The notes beneath the pieces were generated by a model. That model made no database searches. It had not been told where the DNA came from and saw nothing but the letters and a program-made list of their open reading frames with translations. DNA of 64,000 nt from NCBI RefSeq assembly GCF_001194135.2, contig NC_068990.1, positions 88,712,286-88,776,285 of the forward strand, given 5' to 3'. How positions within the stretch are numbered: the stretch's first letter is position 1; the number at the start of each line of letters is the position of its first letter. The stretch is from Octopus bimaculoides (taxonomy: Eukaryota). A program made the translations under genes and the position numbers. Below are positions 52,009 to 64,000 of this stretch, one piece after another.

Positions 52009-52608
52009 GTTAGTAGAGTGCTTCCATTTTATTTATTGTATACCTGTGTATTTACAGATATGTGTGTGTGTGTGTGTGTGTGTGTGTTGTTTCATGAGTG
52101 GCTATGGTGAAAGAAGTTATGTTGGGTTCATGGCTGAAAGGATTGAGAAAAGACACCTTCCTCTTCATTCAAACACTCATCAACTTTTTAAAGTTCTTCT
52201 GAGAAAGGAAAGTGAGGTGGGGGAGGAAAGTGCTACCTCTCAGAGAATTTGTGAAAAGATGAGTGATAGTGACAAAAATGGTTAGAGTGAATGGCCCTGC
52301 TCTAAGCATGCACCTGTAGATTGGAAAGCAACTATTGGGTGAGGACTTGTGCTTTTGATAGTCAGGGTAATCCTGGATCTTTTGGGTTCCCTGGTTGGTC
52401 CCAGTTGGAGTTTTTCCTGTTTCAGGAGGACCGCATCAGACATGTTATCACATACTTTGTATATATATATATATACTTTTATCACATTTTACCATCCTTT
52501 CTAGTTCTTTCTCTTCCTTTTTAAGAAAAGCCCCACATAAATTGTTGACTATCCTTGTGATGTCCCCCTCATCTATGATGCCTCTGTCACTGATTAAAGG
52601 AATCATTG

Positions 52609-52661
<53 letters not shown>

Positions 52662-52767
52662 GAAGACATCACACACTATCCAATATTGTGATGTTGTTGA
52701 TTGAAGATATTGTGTCTACTAGGGCTTTGTACTGTCAATTTTCAGCATAATGGCTTGAAAAATTTAA

Positions 52768-52800
<33 letters not shown>

Positions 52801-52877
52801 AATTCGTCCTGATCTCCTTGTTCTCAGCCACTCCTGGTATACATGCACCACTGATATCAATTTCTCTTTTCTTTCAG

Positions 52878-53048
52878 CTTACACAAAAGTTGACTGTGGA
52901 CCACCAAAACGTGTTGTTGGTGCCAAGAAGTCCTACAAAACTACCACCTTCAAATCTAAAGTGACCTATACTTGTCCAAAAGGAGAAAAATTTAAATCAG
53001 TATGTAAAGAGGATCGTAAATGGTCTCCTGTAGTGTCTGCTTGTAAAG
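52878..53048 (+). CDS. Exon Sushi-S3, unit 4
   Basis: 171 nt; YTKVDCGPPKRVVGAKKSYKTTTFKSKVTYTCPKGEKFKSVCKEDRKWSPVVSACK. Confidence 0.9.
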
Positions 53049-53655
53049 GTAAATTAATGTAAACAGGTTCTCTTGATGTCTCTGTTTCAGCAATTTTTAA
53101 AAATATTTTTTCTTAAATAACTTTGTTAGAAGAAGAGAGGCTGATTCTTTGACAATTTTCATGGTGTTGTTGGCTGGTGGGAGGGAGTGGCTGAACTATC
53201 TTCAGACCAGTAACTTCCCGAAATGCTTGTAACAGAGGAGACTTCATTAAACTCATCCAAGTTATGGTATTAATTTCTGTAATAAAATGTAATGAAAGTC
53301 GACATAAGCTAGATTTGAACTAAAAACATGAATTAGATTCTGTTAGAACCATTGCCATTAACATCAACAATAATTGTAATTATTCTTCTGTTAAGGAGGT
53401 ATTCATAGAATCATTTGAGCATCAAACAAAATGTGCTGTGGTTTTAGTTCTGACTCTTTAACTTCAAAATTTGTATCCTGCTGATATCAACTTTGCCCTT
53501 TTACGACCAATAAAATACGATACTACTCAGATGTAGGGGCCAGTTTAATTGACCTCATTGTTCCTCAAAGTTTTGACCTTCTTTCAATGTTAGAAATTAT
53601 TATTGTTGTTGTTGTTGTTTTGTTTTCAATTGTCTCAATCTTACTTTAATTCCAG

Positions 53656-53895
53656 CTACTAAAATCCATTTTGTGAAAGTGAAAGATGCAGTTCTGGATG
53701 TATCTGGGAAAACATTGTTTCACAAGAAAAATGTAACAGCCGATGCTTGTGCTAAAGAGTGTTTGTCTGACGAAACTTGTTTGTCATTTGAAATAAAGAA
53801 GGAAAGTGGAGGATGTTACTTATCAACACAAACTGCCACTTCCTCCAAGAAAATGAAATCAAGCAACAGCAGAGATTACTACCAACGAATAAAAT
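53656..53895 (+). CDS. Exon PAN-B2, unit 4
   Basis: 240 nt; TKIHFVKVKDAVLDVSGKTLFHKKNVTADACAKECLSDETCLSFEIKKESGGCYLS...RDYYQRIK. Confidence 0.9.
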
Positions 53896-53966
53896 GTAAT
53901 TATTCTTAGTATTTTATCATTGGATTCTCTTTTTCTGAAATTTGTGATACCATTTGTACTTTATGA

Positions 53967-54015
<49 letters not shown>

Positions 54016-54369
54016 CTATATACAACCATTTCTGTGAAGACATTGACAGGGTTACCTAAAAGATCGGTGGTAGGAGTAATTAAGGCATAGCTGGAAACTG
54101 AGATAAAGATGGTAGTAAAAATATCCAAGCATGTCCAAAAGATAAAATGTAAATAGAAGAGTGAATGGGGATAGATTCAGAGAAGTGAGGTGGGGTAGAG
54201 GCTGCAAGTGTTTGGGAGCAGAGTGAGAGAGGTTAGACAGCTTGTGGATGATTATGGTGAATAGGGAACAAGGGTGGAGCGATGATTGATGATAAATATG
54301 ATTTTGAGGGAAGGGGAGAGGAGGTGATGACTAGTAGTAAAGAAAGGGTGAAGAACATCAGAAATGGTG

Positions 54370-55264
54370 ATAGATGTCCTGCAACTACTACCACCAAAGA
54401 AAACATTCATCCTGTTCACCACATGGTGATGGATGACAGGCAATTGACTATAAATGAAATAGTCAATACTATTAGTATTTTCCATAAGAGAATATTCTGC
54501 ACAATAAACTTGGCATAACAAACTTTTCTGCTTCGTGGGTGCCATACCTTCTGTCACCTGCTCAAAAGCACTCCACAATGATCACATCTCAGGAAAACCC
54601 GACATTGTTTGAGGCAGATCCAGTTGGTTTCTTTGAAGGTTTCCCAACTCAGAACGAGTGTTGGCATTACTTGGAATCAGAGACAAAGAGACAATCCATG
54701 CAATGGAAACACCCCTCTTCACCTGCTCCATAGAAGGCCATGGTTGCTTCATCTGCAGGGAAGGTGACAGCCTCAGTTTTGTGGGATACCAAAGGGCTAT
54801 GCCATGAATGGAAAGTACTATACCAACTTGCTGAGTCAGTTACAAAAGGTTGTCAGAACCAAACACCCAAGAAAACTGATGAGAGTGGTCTTGTTTCATC
54901 AGGTCAATGCTCCAGCATACAAGTCCTTGGTTTCAACGGCTGCTGTGTGTGACTGTGGCTAAGAGCTGGTTGATCTCCCTTGCTATTCTCCTGATATGAC
55001 CCCATCTGAATATCATCTGCTCCCTAACATGAAAAAACACTTGGTTGAGAACCAGTATTGCAGTAGTGATGATGTCATATCTGCTGTTGATGACTTTTAT
55101 GACCAACAAGATGAAAGTTTCTTCACCAATGAGATCCAAGCACTGCAACACCGATATAAGAAGTTTGTGGATCACAAGAAGTGAGTTGAAAAATAATCCT
55201 CATTTGGTTACATTCCATGAGAGTATTTTGGTCAACCCTATGGACTATTCAGCCAACCCTCATA
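54370..55264 (+). mobile_element. Degenerate mariner upstream of PAN-D unit 4
   Basis: SAGKVTASVLWD, YSPDMTPSEYHLLPNMKK; TIR-like end ttggtcaaccctatggactattcagccaaccctcata. Confidence 0.85.
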
Positions 55265-55373
55265 TTTGTTTTAAATAAATTGTACATTTAAAACAGTTAT
55301 GCATTGGATGCTATATAATTTCTAATTTGTGTGTGGGAGTATAAAATATATTGTTTCTTTCTTTTTTTTCTAG

Positions 55374-55607
55374 CCAAAGATGATCTTTTGATAATTAAAA
55401 GCACTGCCATACCAGGGCATGATACATTTGAGCGGCTGGAAAATGTGAGCTTAAAGGAGTGTGGTCATGCTTGTCATCAAAATCCAGGATGTAACTCTTA
55501 TGAGTATAATAAAAAAGATATGCTCTGTGATCAAAGTAATGCAACTCACTTGACTCAGGACCTTCTGCCCAATGCATGGGCATGGGATACTTACATCATT
55601 AACCCAG
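55374..55607 (+). CDS. Exon PAN-D, unit 4
   Basis: 234 nt; KDDLLIIKSTAIPGHDTFERLENVSLKECGHACHQNPGC...NAWAWDTYIINP. Confidence 0.9.
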
Positions 55608-55709
55608 GTCAGTAGAATGTTTTTATTTTTTTGCTTTGTGTGCTTACATGTGTATGTGTTTGTATGTATTTACATATACATACTTGTGTGTCTATAATAT
55701 ATATTCTTT

Positions 55710-56060
55710 TATTCTTTTACTTGTTTCAGTTATTTGACTGTGGCCATGCTGGATTACCGCCTTTAGTCAAACAAATTGACCCCAGGACTTATCCTTTGTA
55801 AGCCTAGTACTTTTGTTATCAGTCTCTTCTGCCGAGCTGCTAAGTTACGGGGATGTAAACACACCAACACAAGTTGTCAAGCAATGGTCAAGGGACAAAT
55901 ACACAATGGGCTTCTTTCAGTTTCTGTCTACCAAATCCATACACAAGGCTTTGGTCAGCCCAAGGCTATCGTAAAAGACATTTGCCCAAGGTACCAAGCA
56001 GTGGGACTGAACCCAGAACCATGTGGTTGGGAAGCAAGATTCTTGCCACACAACCACTGT
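55710..56060 (-). repeat. Octopus-type SINE (OR/OK-like); second partial copy ~56495-56700
   Basis: tcttttacttgtttcagttatttgactgtggccatgctgg...gaccccaggacttat...gcagtgggactgaacccagaaccatgtggttgggaagc. Confidence 0.7.
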
Positions 56061-56759
56061 GTTATATATATAGTTATATATGTACATATTTAGGAAAGTG
56101 GGTTATACATCATTAGATGTACACCTGACTTTCCTATATTAAATTAGAAGTGAACGGAACGCAGAACTCCAAACTGATCAACAACAACAATATTTATTCA
56201 TGGTGGAAAATATACAGCTTCCAATTGTCCGGTTTCTGAGTAGCCTGAATGTAGATGTACTGTCCCTAGAGATGAATCGTTGGAGAGACAACTTGCTTCT
56301 TCCACACTCAATGAGAGCTTGTTTTAGACCGTCTTGCTTGTTCGCTGTCTGGCGTGGTAAGAGACAGAATAGAAGCGGGAACGCTTGGATGTTGAAATCC
56401 ACGCATGCATGGTTAAGGATGCAGCAATGGCAACTATGCCTTTTTGGTGCCAATATGACGTCACTACACATATGTAGTTATATATGTATACAGACATATT
56501 CTTTTACTTGTTTCAGCTATTTGACTGCAACCATACTGGAGTAGTGCCTTGAACAATTTGAACCCAGAACTTACTTTTAAGCCTAGTACTTCTTCTATCG
56601 GTCTCTTTGCTGAACTGATATGGGGACATAAACACCTCAACACCAGTGGTCAAGTGATGATGGGGGACAAACACAGACACAAAGACACACACACATATAT
56701 GACATGTCTGTTATCAAACACTCATTGAAACCTTCTTTTCAGTTGCTGAATAATATCCT

Positions 56760-57530
56760 CATTTCCCATGTCCCCTTCCAAATTTTCAGAGTTGGCACTG
56801 TCAATGTAGGTACATTGAAAGGTAGGTCTGGTGAGATTGTTGAGATGCTTGAACAGAAGCATGTTGATTCATGTTGCATTCAAGAGATAAAGCAGAGGGG
56901 TGCTTCAGCCAGGTTCCTCACAGGCAAGACACATAGATATAAATTCTTCTGGGAAGATAATAGTGGCAGAGTAGGTGGTGTGGGCATACTTCTTGCAAAG
57001 AAATTGGTTGATAGGGTCACTGTGGTAGCCAGAGTGTGTGAAATAGTACTTAAGCTCAGGCTGATTTTGCAGAATAGTACAGCAACAATTATCTCTTCCT
57101 ATACCCCCTAAGTGGGTCTACCAAATGAACAAAGGGACCGCTTTTGTGATATTCTTCTGCAAGCTACCTCAAAGACAAATGGCAATAATCTCATATTCAT
57201 GGCTGGCAATTTCACTGGACATGTTGGGCAGCAGCCAGGTACCTTCCATGGTGCACATAGGGGCCATGGAATTGGTTCTCAAAATGGAGAGGGGACAAGG
57301 CTAATGGAGTTATGTGATGTGAATAACCTATTGATTTGCACCAACTTCAGGAAGCCAGACAGCCACCTGATAACCTATCAGTTGAGTGACCACACTAGCC
57401 AGATCAGTTACATTCTTATCAGACTGAAAGATACATGGTTGCTCATAAATGCAAAGACCTTCCCTCGTAAAATGAGCCCCCACCCTCCAGCATAGATTAG
57501 TCATTAGGGACTTTAGACCTCAGGCTAAAA
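56760..57530 (+). mobile_element. RTE LINE AP-endonuclease fragment
   Basis: RVGTVNVGTLKGRSGEIVEML...CIQEIK...GGVGILL...MAGNFTGHVG...SQISYIL. Confidence 0.85.
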
Positions 57531-58061
57531 TACTAAAATAAATAAAAGAAAGGAGAGGAGGCCTTTATTCCACGCATCTCTCTCTGTCCCAGTGAGACAA
57601 CCCTTCCCTTTAGTATGAGTAGACGACAGTTTCCTGATTTCCCAGCATTTGCAATGACTATAAACAAATCACAAGTGCAGAGCTTCAATAATGTTGGTAT
57701 CATCCTACCATCACCAGTATTCAGCCATGGGCAACTTTATGTTGCATTGAGTAGAAGTTGTAATAATATTAAATGTTGGTAAAGACCATCTATAAGAAGG
57801 TGAACCCATTGCTCGTAGGGTTTTCACTGGGAACGTGGTGTTGAAGCAATTACTGAGATAAAGGTCGTAATGATTTTATTTTAATTTTATTTTCTGTATC
57901 ATGTGTATGCCATCATTTCTGATGGCACAGGTTGCACTAGTCTTTAAATAAAACTGAATAATGACATACTTCATTCAGTATCTTTTATTATAACACTGTC
58001 GTTATCTCTTTACTCTCATCCTGTTCCTAATATTGATATAAATTTATTTCACCAATTTCAG

Positions 58062-58232
58062 TTAACTCAGAAATCAAATGTGGACCACCAAAAGACATTG
58101 TTGGTGCTGAGAAGGACTACAAATCTACCAACTATAAATCTGAAGTGACCTATACTTGCCCAGACGAAGAGGCAATAAAGTCCACATGTGAAAAGAACAA
58201 CAAATGGACTCCAGTACCACCTATTTGTAACG
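58062..58232 (+). CDS. Exon Sushi-S4, unit 4
   Basis: 171 nt; NSEIKCGPPKDIVGAEKDYKSTNYKSEVTYTCPDEEAIKSTCEKNNKWTPVPPICN. Confidence 0.9.
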
Positions 58233-58915
58233 GTAACATAAATAGCTTCTCTCTTGTTATCTTTGTCAATGTAATTTTGTTTTATTTTTGCATTAGATGA
58301 TGTGTTTGTCAGAGGAGGACCAGCTAACCCTATGACAATTTCCACAGTTATTGTAACTGGTGGAAGCTATCCTCAGAGAGGAATATATCCTCAGACCAGA
58401 GACCTCCCCCCAAATACTTGTAACAGAGTGCATTCCATTAATTCTACCCAAGGGCAAGGTAATGCTATTAAATCAAGTGATGGGTAAAGTGTGCTAATCC
58501 AGAACTGGAAGTTTGAAATCTTGTTTCCTGTAGGCTTCCACATAGACCTTTCTCTCCAATACTTTTTGTCATCATCCAAAATTCTGTACAGTATAATGCT
58601 CTGAATCCTTCCTTACTAAAACTCGGCAATCCTCTGAAACAGATTTCTGATGCTCTTGCTATCTTCCAATCCACCACCCTTAGTTATGATAATCCTAATA
58701 ATGATGGTTCCTGATTTAGGTTCAAAGCAAACACTTTTTGATAAATGTTTGTTTTTTCAGTACCACAATCCCTACAATTTGACTAGTATATTATGTTATA
58801 TATCCCTGCAAGTAAAATTGACCTCAGCAAAACATTACAAAATCAGGAAGCGATGGGTTATAATTCTTGCCATGATTAATTATATCTAGTTACATCCTTT
58901 TACATCATCGCTTCA

Positions 58916-59682
58916 NNNNNNNNNNNNNNNNNNNNNNNNNNNNNNNNNNNNNNNNNNNNNNNNNNNNNNNNNNNNNNNNNNNNNNNNNNNNNNNNNNNNN
59001 NNNNNNNNNNNNNNNNNNNNNNNNNNNNNNNNNNNNNNNNNNNNNNNNNNNNNNNNNNNNNNNNNNNNNNNNNNNNNNNNNNNNNNNNNNNNNNNNNNNN
59101 NNNNNNNNNNNNNNNNNNNNNNNNNNNNNNNNNNNNNNNNNNNNNNNNNNNNNNNNNNNNNNNNNNNNNNNNNNNNNNNNNNNNNNNNNNNNNNNNNNNN
59201 NNNNNNNNNNNNNNNNNNNNNNNNNNNNNNNNNNNNNNNNNNNNNNNNNNNNNNNNNNNNNNNNNNNNNNNNNNNNNNNNNNNNNNNNNNNNNNNNNNNN
59301 NNNNNNNNNNNNNNNNNNNNNNNNNNNNNNNNNNNNNNNNNNNNNNNNNNNNNNNNNNNNNNNNNNNNNNNNNNNNNNNNNNNNNNNNNNNNNNNNNNNN
59401 NNNNNNNNNNNNNNNNNNNNNNNNNNNNNNNNNNNNNNNNNNNNNNNNNNNNNNNNNNNNNNNNNNNNNNNNNNNNNNNNNNNNNNNNNNNNNNNNNNNN
59501 NNNNNNNNNNNNNNNNNNNNNNNNNNNNNNNNNNNNNNNNNNNNNNNNNNNNNNNNNNNNNNNNNNNNNNNNNNNNNNNNNNNNNNNNNNNNNNNNNNNN
59601 NNNNNNNNNNNNNNNNNNNNNNNNNNNNNNNNNNNNNNNNNNNNNNNNNNNNNNNNNNNNNNNNNNNNNNNNNNNNNNNNNN
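58916..59682 (+). other. Assembly gap predicted to contain a second PAN-E exon
   Basis: Both flanks match the flanks of exon E (25718-26482 = 765 nt) and the gap is 767 N; the exon itself is not visible. Confidence 0.65.
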
Positions 59683-60734
59683 TCCATTTGTATTTCATAA
59701 TATATAGACAACCATTTCTGTAAAAACATTGACAGATTTACCTATAAGGGCAGACATTGGTGGTGGTGGTGGGGGGGGGGCAGAGAAGCAGCAGCAGCAG
59801 CAGTATAAGCAGTTGTTGTAACAACAGTTTTCTCTTCGTTTGTCAATGTTGGCATGGCTTAGGCAGTACTGTTACAGCACAATGTTTTGCCTCTGTTTGT
59901 CCTACATAATTGGATATACAAAATAACAGAAAAAGTAATACCAATCTATATAGTTGTGTATTTCCTATATTTTGCCTTCGTCAATATGGCAAGATGCCCT
60001 TCCTCCCACCAAACATTATACCACATGAAGAGAGTACATTTTTCCATACTTCTAGAATCAGAGAAGTTGTCTCCTGGGACAAAAGAATCCTTTCTACTTA
60101 AAATAAGTTTCTCTTTAGAATAGTTCTATGGTATTAAAAACTTAACAGCCAGCAAATTCACTCAGTTTGATCTTCTGGGTTTAAAAGAAAGGCAAGCCAT
60201 TTCCCTGTATATCGACAACGAACTTTAACTGGGATGAAGTTGTAGACTTCACTATATTGACACATTAGATTTATACAGGGACAATTTCCAAGAAATTTCA
60301 ATATGTGCAGCCATGCCATGAATAGATTTACGAAGAACTTGATAGGAATCTTCAAGAAGTTTGATCAAAGGCCGGATCATCCAATAAACAATGGCATTTA
60401 TTCAGTGGTCAAATTAAATGACCAACTCTTGGAACTGTTTGGTCTGTAAAGTTTGCCTCACACACCTTTACAGTATATTTGATTTCTGAAGATTTTACTG
60501 CATAGTGTTTGATACATATCTCAACCAAACTGGGTGATGAGTGTGTGGTTGTCAGTGTAACTTGTGTTGGCTTACATAAACAATATCACTGTCATGGTAT
60601 TGGACACATTGGATAAAGAAGTGATTGATATTATACAGAGAGAGTGCAAGGTGTGTACACTTAGAGCACCACTCTAAGTGTAGCCCTGTGAGTCAGAGAA
60701 CTGGAATTGTAATGGACACTTGTTTTTGGTTTTC

Positions 60735-61075
60735 AGGGAGATCTTAGATGGTAGGTTCATCAATTGGCCCAAGGTGTCCTCCTGCATCAGGAGGATCACA
60801 TCACTTTCACCTTTTTATTTTTGCAATAAACAAAGTGGTATCAAAAAGTTCAAAGGTTATTGTTTTAACACTGCCATTGAGATCAAGAGTGGATCACAGA
60901 AGGTCCTCGAATTGCTTACAGAAAATAACTTCCAGGCCCGATTCCAGGAATGCTGGGGCCTGTGTATTGTTATGCAAGGTGACTGTTTCAAAGGAGATAA
61001 TGTTAAAACTTGAGTAAATAAGTTATTTTTTATTAAACATAGCTAATCCAGCAACTGTTTCATACCTCCTCATAT
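60735..61075 (+). mobile_element. Mariner C-terminal fragment
   Basis: KFKGYCFNTAIEIKSG...FQARFQECWGLCIVMQGDCFKGD. Confidence 0.65.
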
Positions 61076-61189
61076 ACCATCTATACTTCTACATCATTCC
61101 ATTCTATGTAAATGCCCACATTTTAAGTCCATCATTAAATTGTCCCCACATCTCTCATTCTTGAGGCAAATAAAAGAAATCACAATCGT

Positions 61190-61194
61190 CATTG

Positions 61195-61276
<82 letters not shown>

Positions 61277-61280
61277 CATT
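61190..61280. repeat. (CAT)n-(TAT)n trinucleotide microsatellite
   Basis: Direct read; similar (ATT)n at 52612-52661 and 51240-51300. Confidence 0.9.
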
Positions 61281-61525
61281 GATTTGACTCAAGTTTGGTC
61301 TTATTCTTAGCATTACTGATATGGGCAGCGAGTACTACCTGTAACTTTCGGTATCCACTAGCTTTCAGTAGTCTTTCAAGTTCAGGAACATTTTAATACA
61401 ACCTCGTATAACAAATACACCACATGCATTGTAATGTTTAGTGTGTGTGTGTGTGTGTGTGTGTGCATCTGTTTCGAGTATGGATATAAAATCTACTCCT
61501 TGTTTTCTCTTTCTTTTCCTTCCAG

Positions 61526-61759
61526 CAACAGACAGGAAAATTATACTTACTAAAGTTAGCATACCTAGGCAGGATGTTTTAAGACAGCTTAAGAATGTGA
61601 ACTTAAAGAAGTGCAATGAAGCTTGCCATCAACAACCAGACTGTAATTCTTATGAGTACAATGAGAAAGAAAAGGCTTGTAATTTGAGTGATGTGACTCA
61701 TTTGACTGATAAACTTAAACCCAATGATAAAAATAGGGATACTTACATCATTGATACAG
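61526..61759 (+). CDS. Exon PAN-A copy 3
   Basis: 234 nt; TDRKIILTKVSIPRQDVLRQLKNVNLKKCNEACHQQPDCNSYEYNEKEKACNLS...DTYIIDT. Confidence 0.9.
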
Positions 61760-61962
61760 GTCAGTAGAGTATTTCATTATATTTTTATATACATGTCTGT
61801 GTATCTCTATATATATGAGTGTGTCACATATATATATTGGAAAGTGTAAGGAAACAATTTAATCAGCCCTCTTCTACCTCAAAGATTTTGGCTTTTTTCT
61901 ATATCAGAAATTTATATTATTAATGTTGTATTTCATTGGTCTAAATTTTATTTTAAATATAG

Positions 61963-62199
61963 AGGTTGACAATTTTGTGAAAGTAAATGATGCCTTTCTT
62001 GATGTACCTGAGAAAAAATTGTGGAAAAAGAAAAACGTAACAGCAGAAGATTGTAAAGAAAAATGTTTGTCTGACAGAAATTGTTTATCATTTGAAATAA
62101 CAAAAAAAAGTAAAAAATGTTACTTATCAAATCAACTTCCATATCCCTTCATGAAATTACTGCCAACCAAAGATAGAGATTACTACCAACGAATAAAAT
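61963..62199 (+). CDS. Exon PAN-F (divergent B/E-type)
   Basis: atatag|AG...AAAT|gtaat, 237 nt; VDNFVKVNDAFLDVPEKKLWKKKNVTAEDCKEKCLSDRNCLSFEITKKSKKCYLSNQLPYPFMKLLPTKDRDYYQRIK. Confidence 0.85.
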
Positions 62200-62639
62200 G
62201 TAATTATTCTTTGTATTTTATCACTGGAATTTTCTTTTCCATTATTTCTGAAATTTATGATTCCATTTGTACTTCATCATCATCATCATTTAACATCCGC
62301 TTTCCATGCTGGCATGGGTTGGATGGTTTGACAAGCTGGCTTTGCTGTATGTTTTGGTATACTGGATGTCCTTCCAAACAACAACCACCCCAGAGTGTGG
62401 GGTTGGGGTATGCAGTGACTGGTAGAACTTGGGCCAGTAGAGGGGGTAGGGGACATCAGGATAGCAATGATACAGTGAGCAAGGCAATGAAGACAGGATT
62501 GGAAAGCAAAAGATATGCATAAAGCATCAAAAAGATGAAATGTGAGGAAGAGGAGAGATGTTGTTTGGTTTGTTGGGGTAGGGTGTGGAAAAAGTTTTGT
62601 TGCTTTTACATGTAGGTGGAATGCACAGTGCTCTCAGAA

Positions 62640-62850
62640 CTCAGTTTCATTGAAGTAGGCAGGTCTTCTCAAGAACCTCATGTCACCAGACATCTCAGTC
62701 CATTGTCATCTCCTCTATGATGCCTAACATCTTAAGATTAGTCCTCACTACTTCATCCCATGTCTTCTTGGGTCTCCATCTTCTACAGGTGCTATTCACT
62801 CTCAGTGATCAGCACTTCTTTATACAGCTGTCTCCATTCATACACATATG
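62640..62850 (-). mobile_element. RTE 3'-terminal fragment
   Basis: Minus strand degenerate RGRPKKTWDEVV...LKMLGIIEEM-type RTE C-terminus. Confidence 0.55.
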
Positions 62851-62899
62851 TCCAAACAAATGTGCTCTTCTCTCTCTTTTGTAATAGCAGCTGCAAAAT

Positions 62900-64000
62900 G
62901 CCAACAAAAGTACTATGAGATAGACATCTCTAACAAAAAAGAGATGTTAGCCCAGGCCCACAAACTCATAAAAGAGAAAAAAACCTAGGCTAACCTTGCA
63001 CTCCCAGCCAAAGTGGAGGCAGAAATTGAGAAGAGGATCGTAAAGTATAGGTGCATCTCAGAGCAGTCTCAGAGAGCAGAACAACCCTCCCACTTTCAGG
63101 TGCCCGACGTTTTGGTACCATCTCAGTCCTTTTTAAAACAGAAGAGCTGGTCATGAAGCATTCGGTGGGACCCTGCAAAACTGACCAGCTTATAATCTAC
63201 CCATCCTACATGGGCAGAAGAACAATAAAAGTTCAAGTATCTGGAATAACACCAGGTATCAACATATGGTGGCTCATGGGATGTGTGATCGCAGAGGGTA
63301 GAAGGCCTCATTGCTTTACTTGTGATGAAGCAACACACCTACAAGCGCTCTGCCCTCAGCAAATAAGTACAAGGGTCCCGTTGCAGAAGTCAACCATAAA
63401 AACCAACACCTCACAACCAAGCTCAACAACCCCCCCTCTCACAAACAAGCACACAGAAAAAGATACATATACAAACACAAATTCACTTTCACACAGAGAG
63501 GAGGCTGTTGCTGCAGACACTAGTTCTACCACATTGAAGAATGATGATGAGGGGGAACAGAGTAAATAAAAATAAAACGAAAAGTCACAGAAGTGAGACA
63601 TCTTGTCCTGCACCAAAACAAGATGTCAAAGAAGCACTCATACCCACAACAATTGCAGATACTCAGACAACTCCTACATTATCACAATCATCAACTAAAG
63701 CACCAAAAACCCCACTGCAAACTAAAAAAAATCCCAAAAGGTAACTCACACCACAAATACAACAAGAACAGCAACAAACAATGACNNNNNNNNNNNNNNN
63801 NNNNNNNNNNNNNNNNNNNNNNNNNNNNNNNNNNNAGTTCATGATAAGCTCTACAGTCAGACGGGTTTGTATGAGATGTATGCAGAGCAACGAAACTATT
63901 CTGAAAACTCTCATACAGTGTCCATGCATTGCTGACTTGTGGAGCTTTGTTGAACAGTTATTGTCATGTGTAGGACAGATCTAGCTATCATCTGAGTCTA
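62900..64000 (+). mobile_element. L1/Tx1-like LINE fragments: ORF1 gag-like zinc knuckle and ORF2 C-terminal Cys motif
   Basis: CFTCDEATHLQALC (C-x2-C-x4-H-x4-C) followed by Thr/Ser/Pro-rich tail; CMRCMQSNETILKTLIQCPCIADLW after small gap. Confidence 0.6.

Noticed and set aside
60158-60355. Minus-strand ORF with NLFMAWL reminiscent of Penelope RT
   Set aside because: A single short motif in degenerate sequence is too weak to annotate without a search.

Overview
AT-rich animal genomic DNA, most likely a coleoid cephalopod (Octopus-type SINEs and dense microsatellites; the organism call is an inference), with several N gaps. The whole window is the interior of one large + strand intron/exon array that the ORF track shows only as fragments. 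Using GT/AG boundaries I reconstructed 37 visible coding exons, each encoding exactly one extracellular domain: 21 PAN/Apple-like (4 Cys, 77-80 aa) and 16 Sushi/CCP-like (56-57 aa). A 38th exon (PAN) is predicted inside the gap at 58916-59682. All complete exons are phase 1-1 and stop-free, giving about 2,560-2,640 aa, with no start/signal exon or stop exon in the window. Exon order is A [S1 S2 B1 C S3 B2 D S4] [S1 S2 B1 C S3 B2 D S4] E A [unit] [unit] (E) A F. This reads as a three-tier repeat: Sushi-PAN-PAN triad, then 8/10-exon unit, then 18-exon super-unit. Paralogous exons show mosaic (conversion-like) relationships. Introns hold degenerate mariner, Tc1, maT, RTE, R4/Dong, HERO-like, Penelope-like, Gypsy and L1/Tx1-like fragments, plus SINEs and two notable palindromes.
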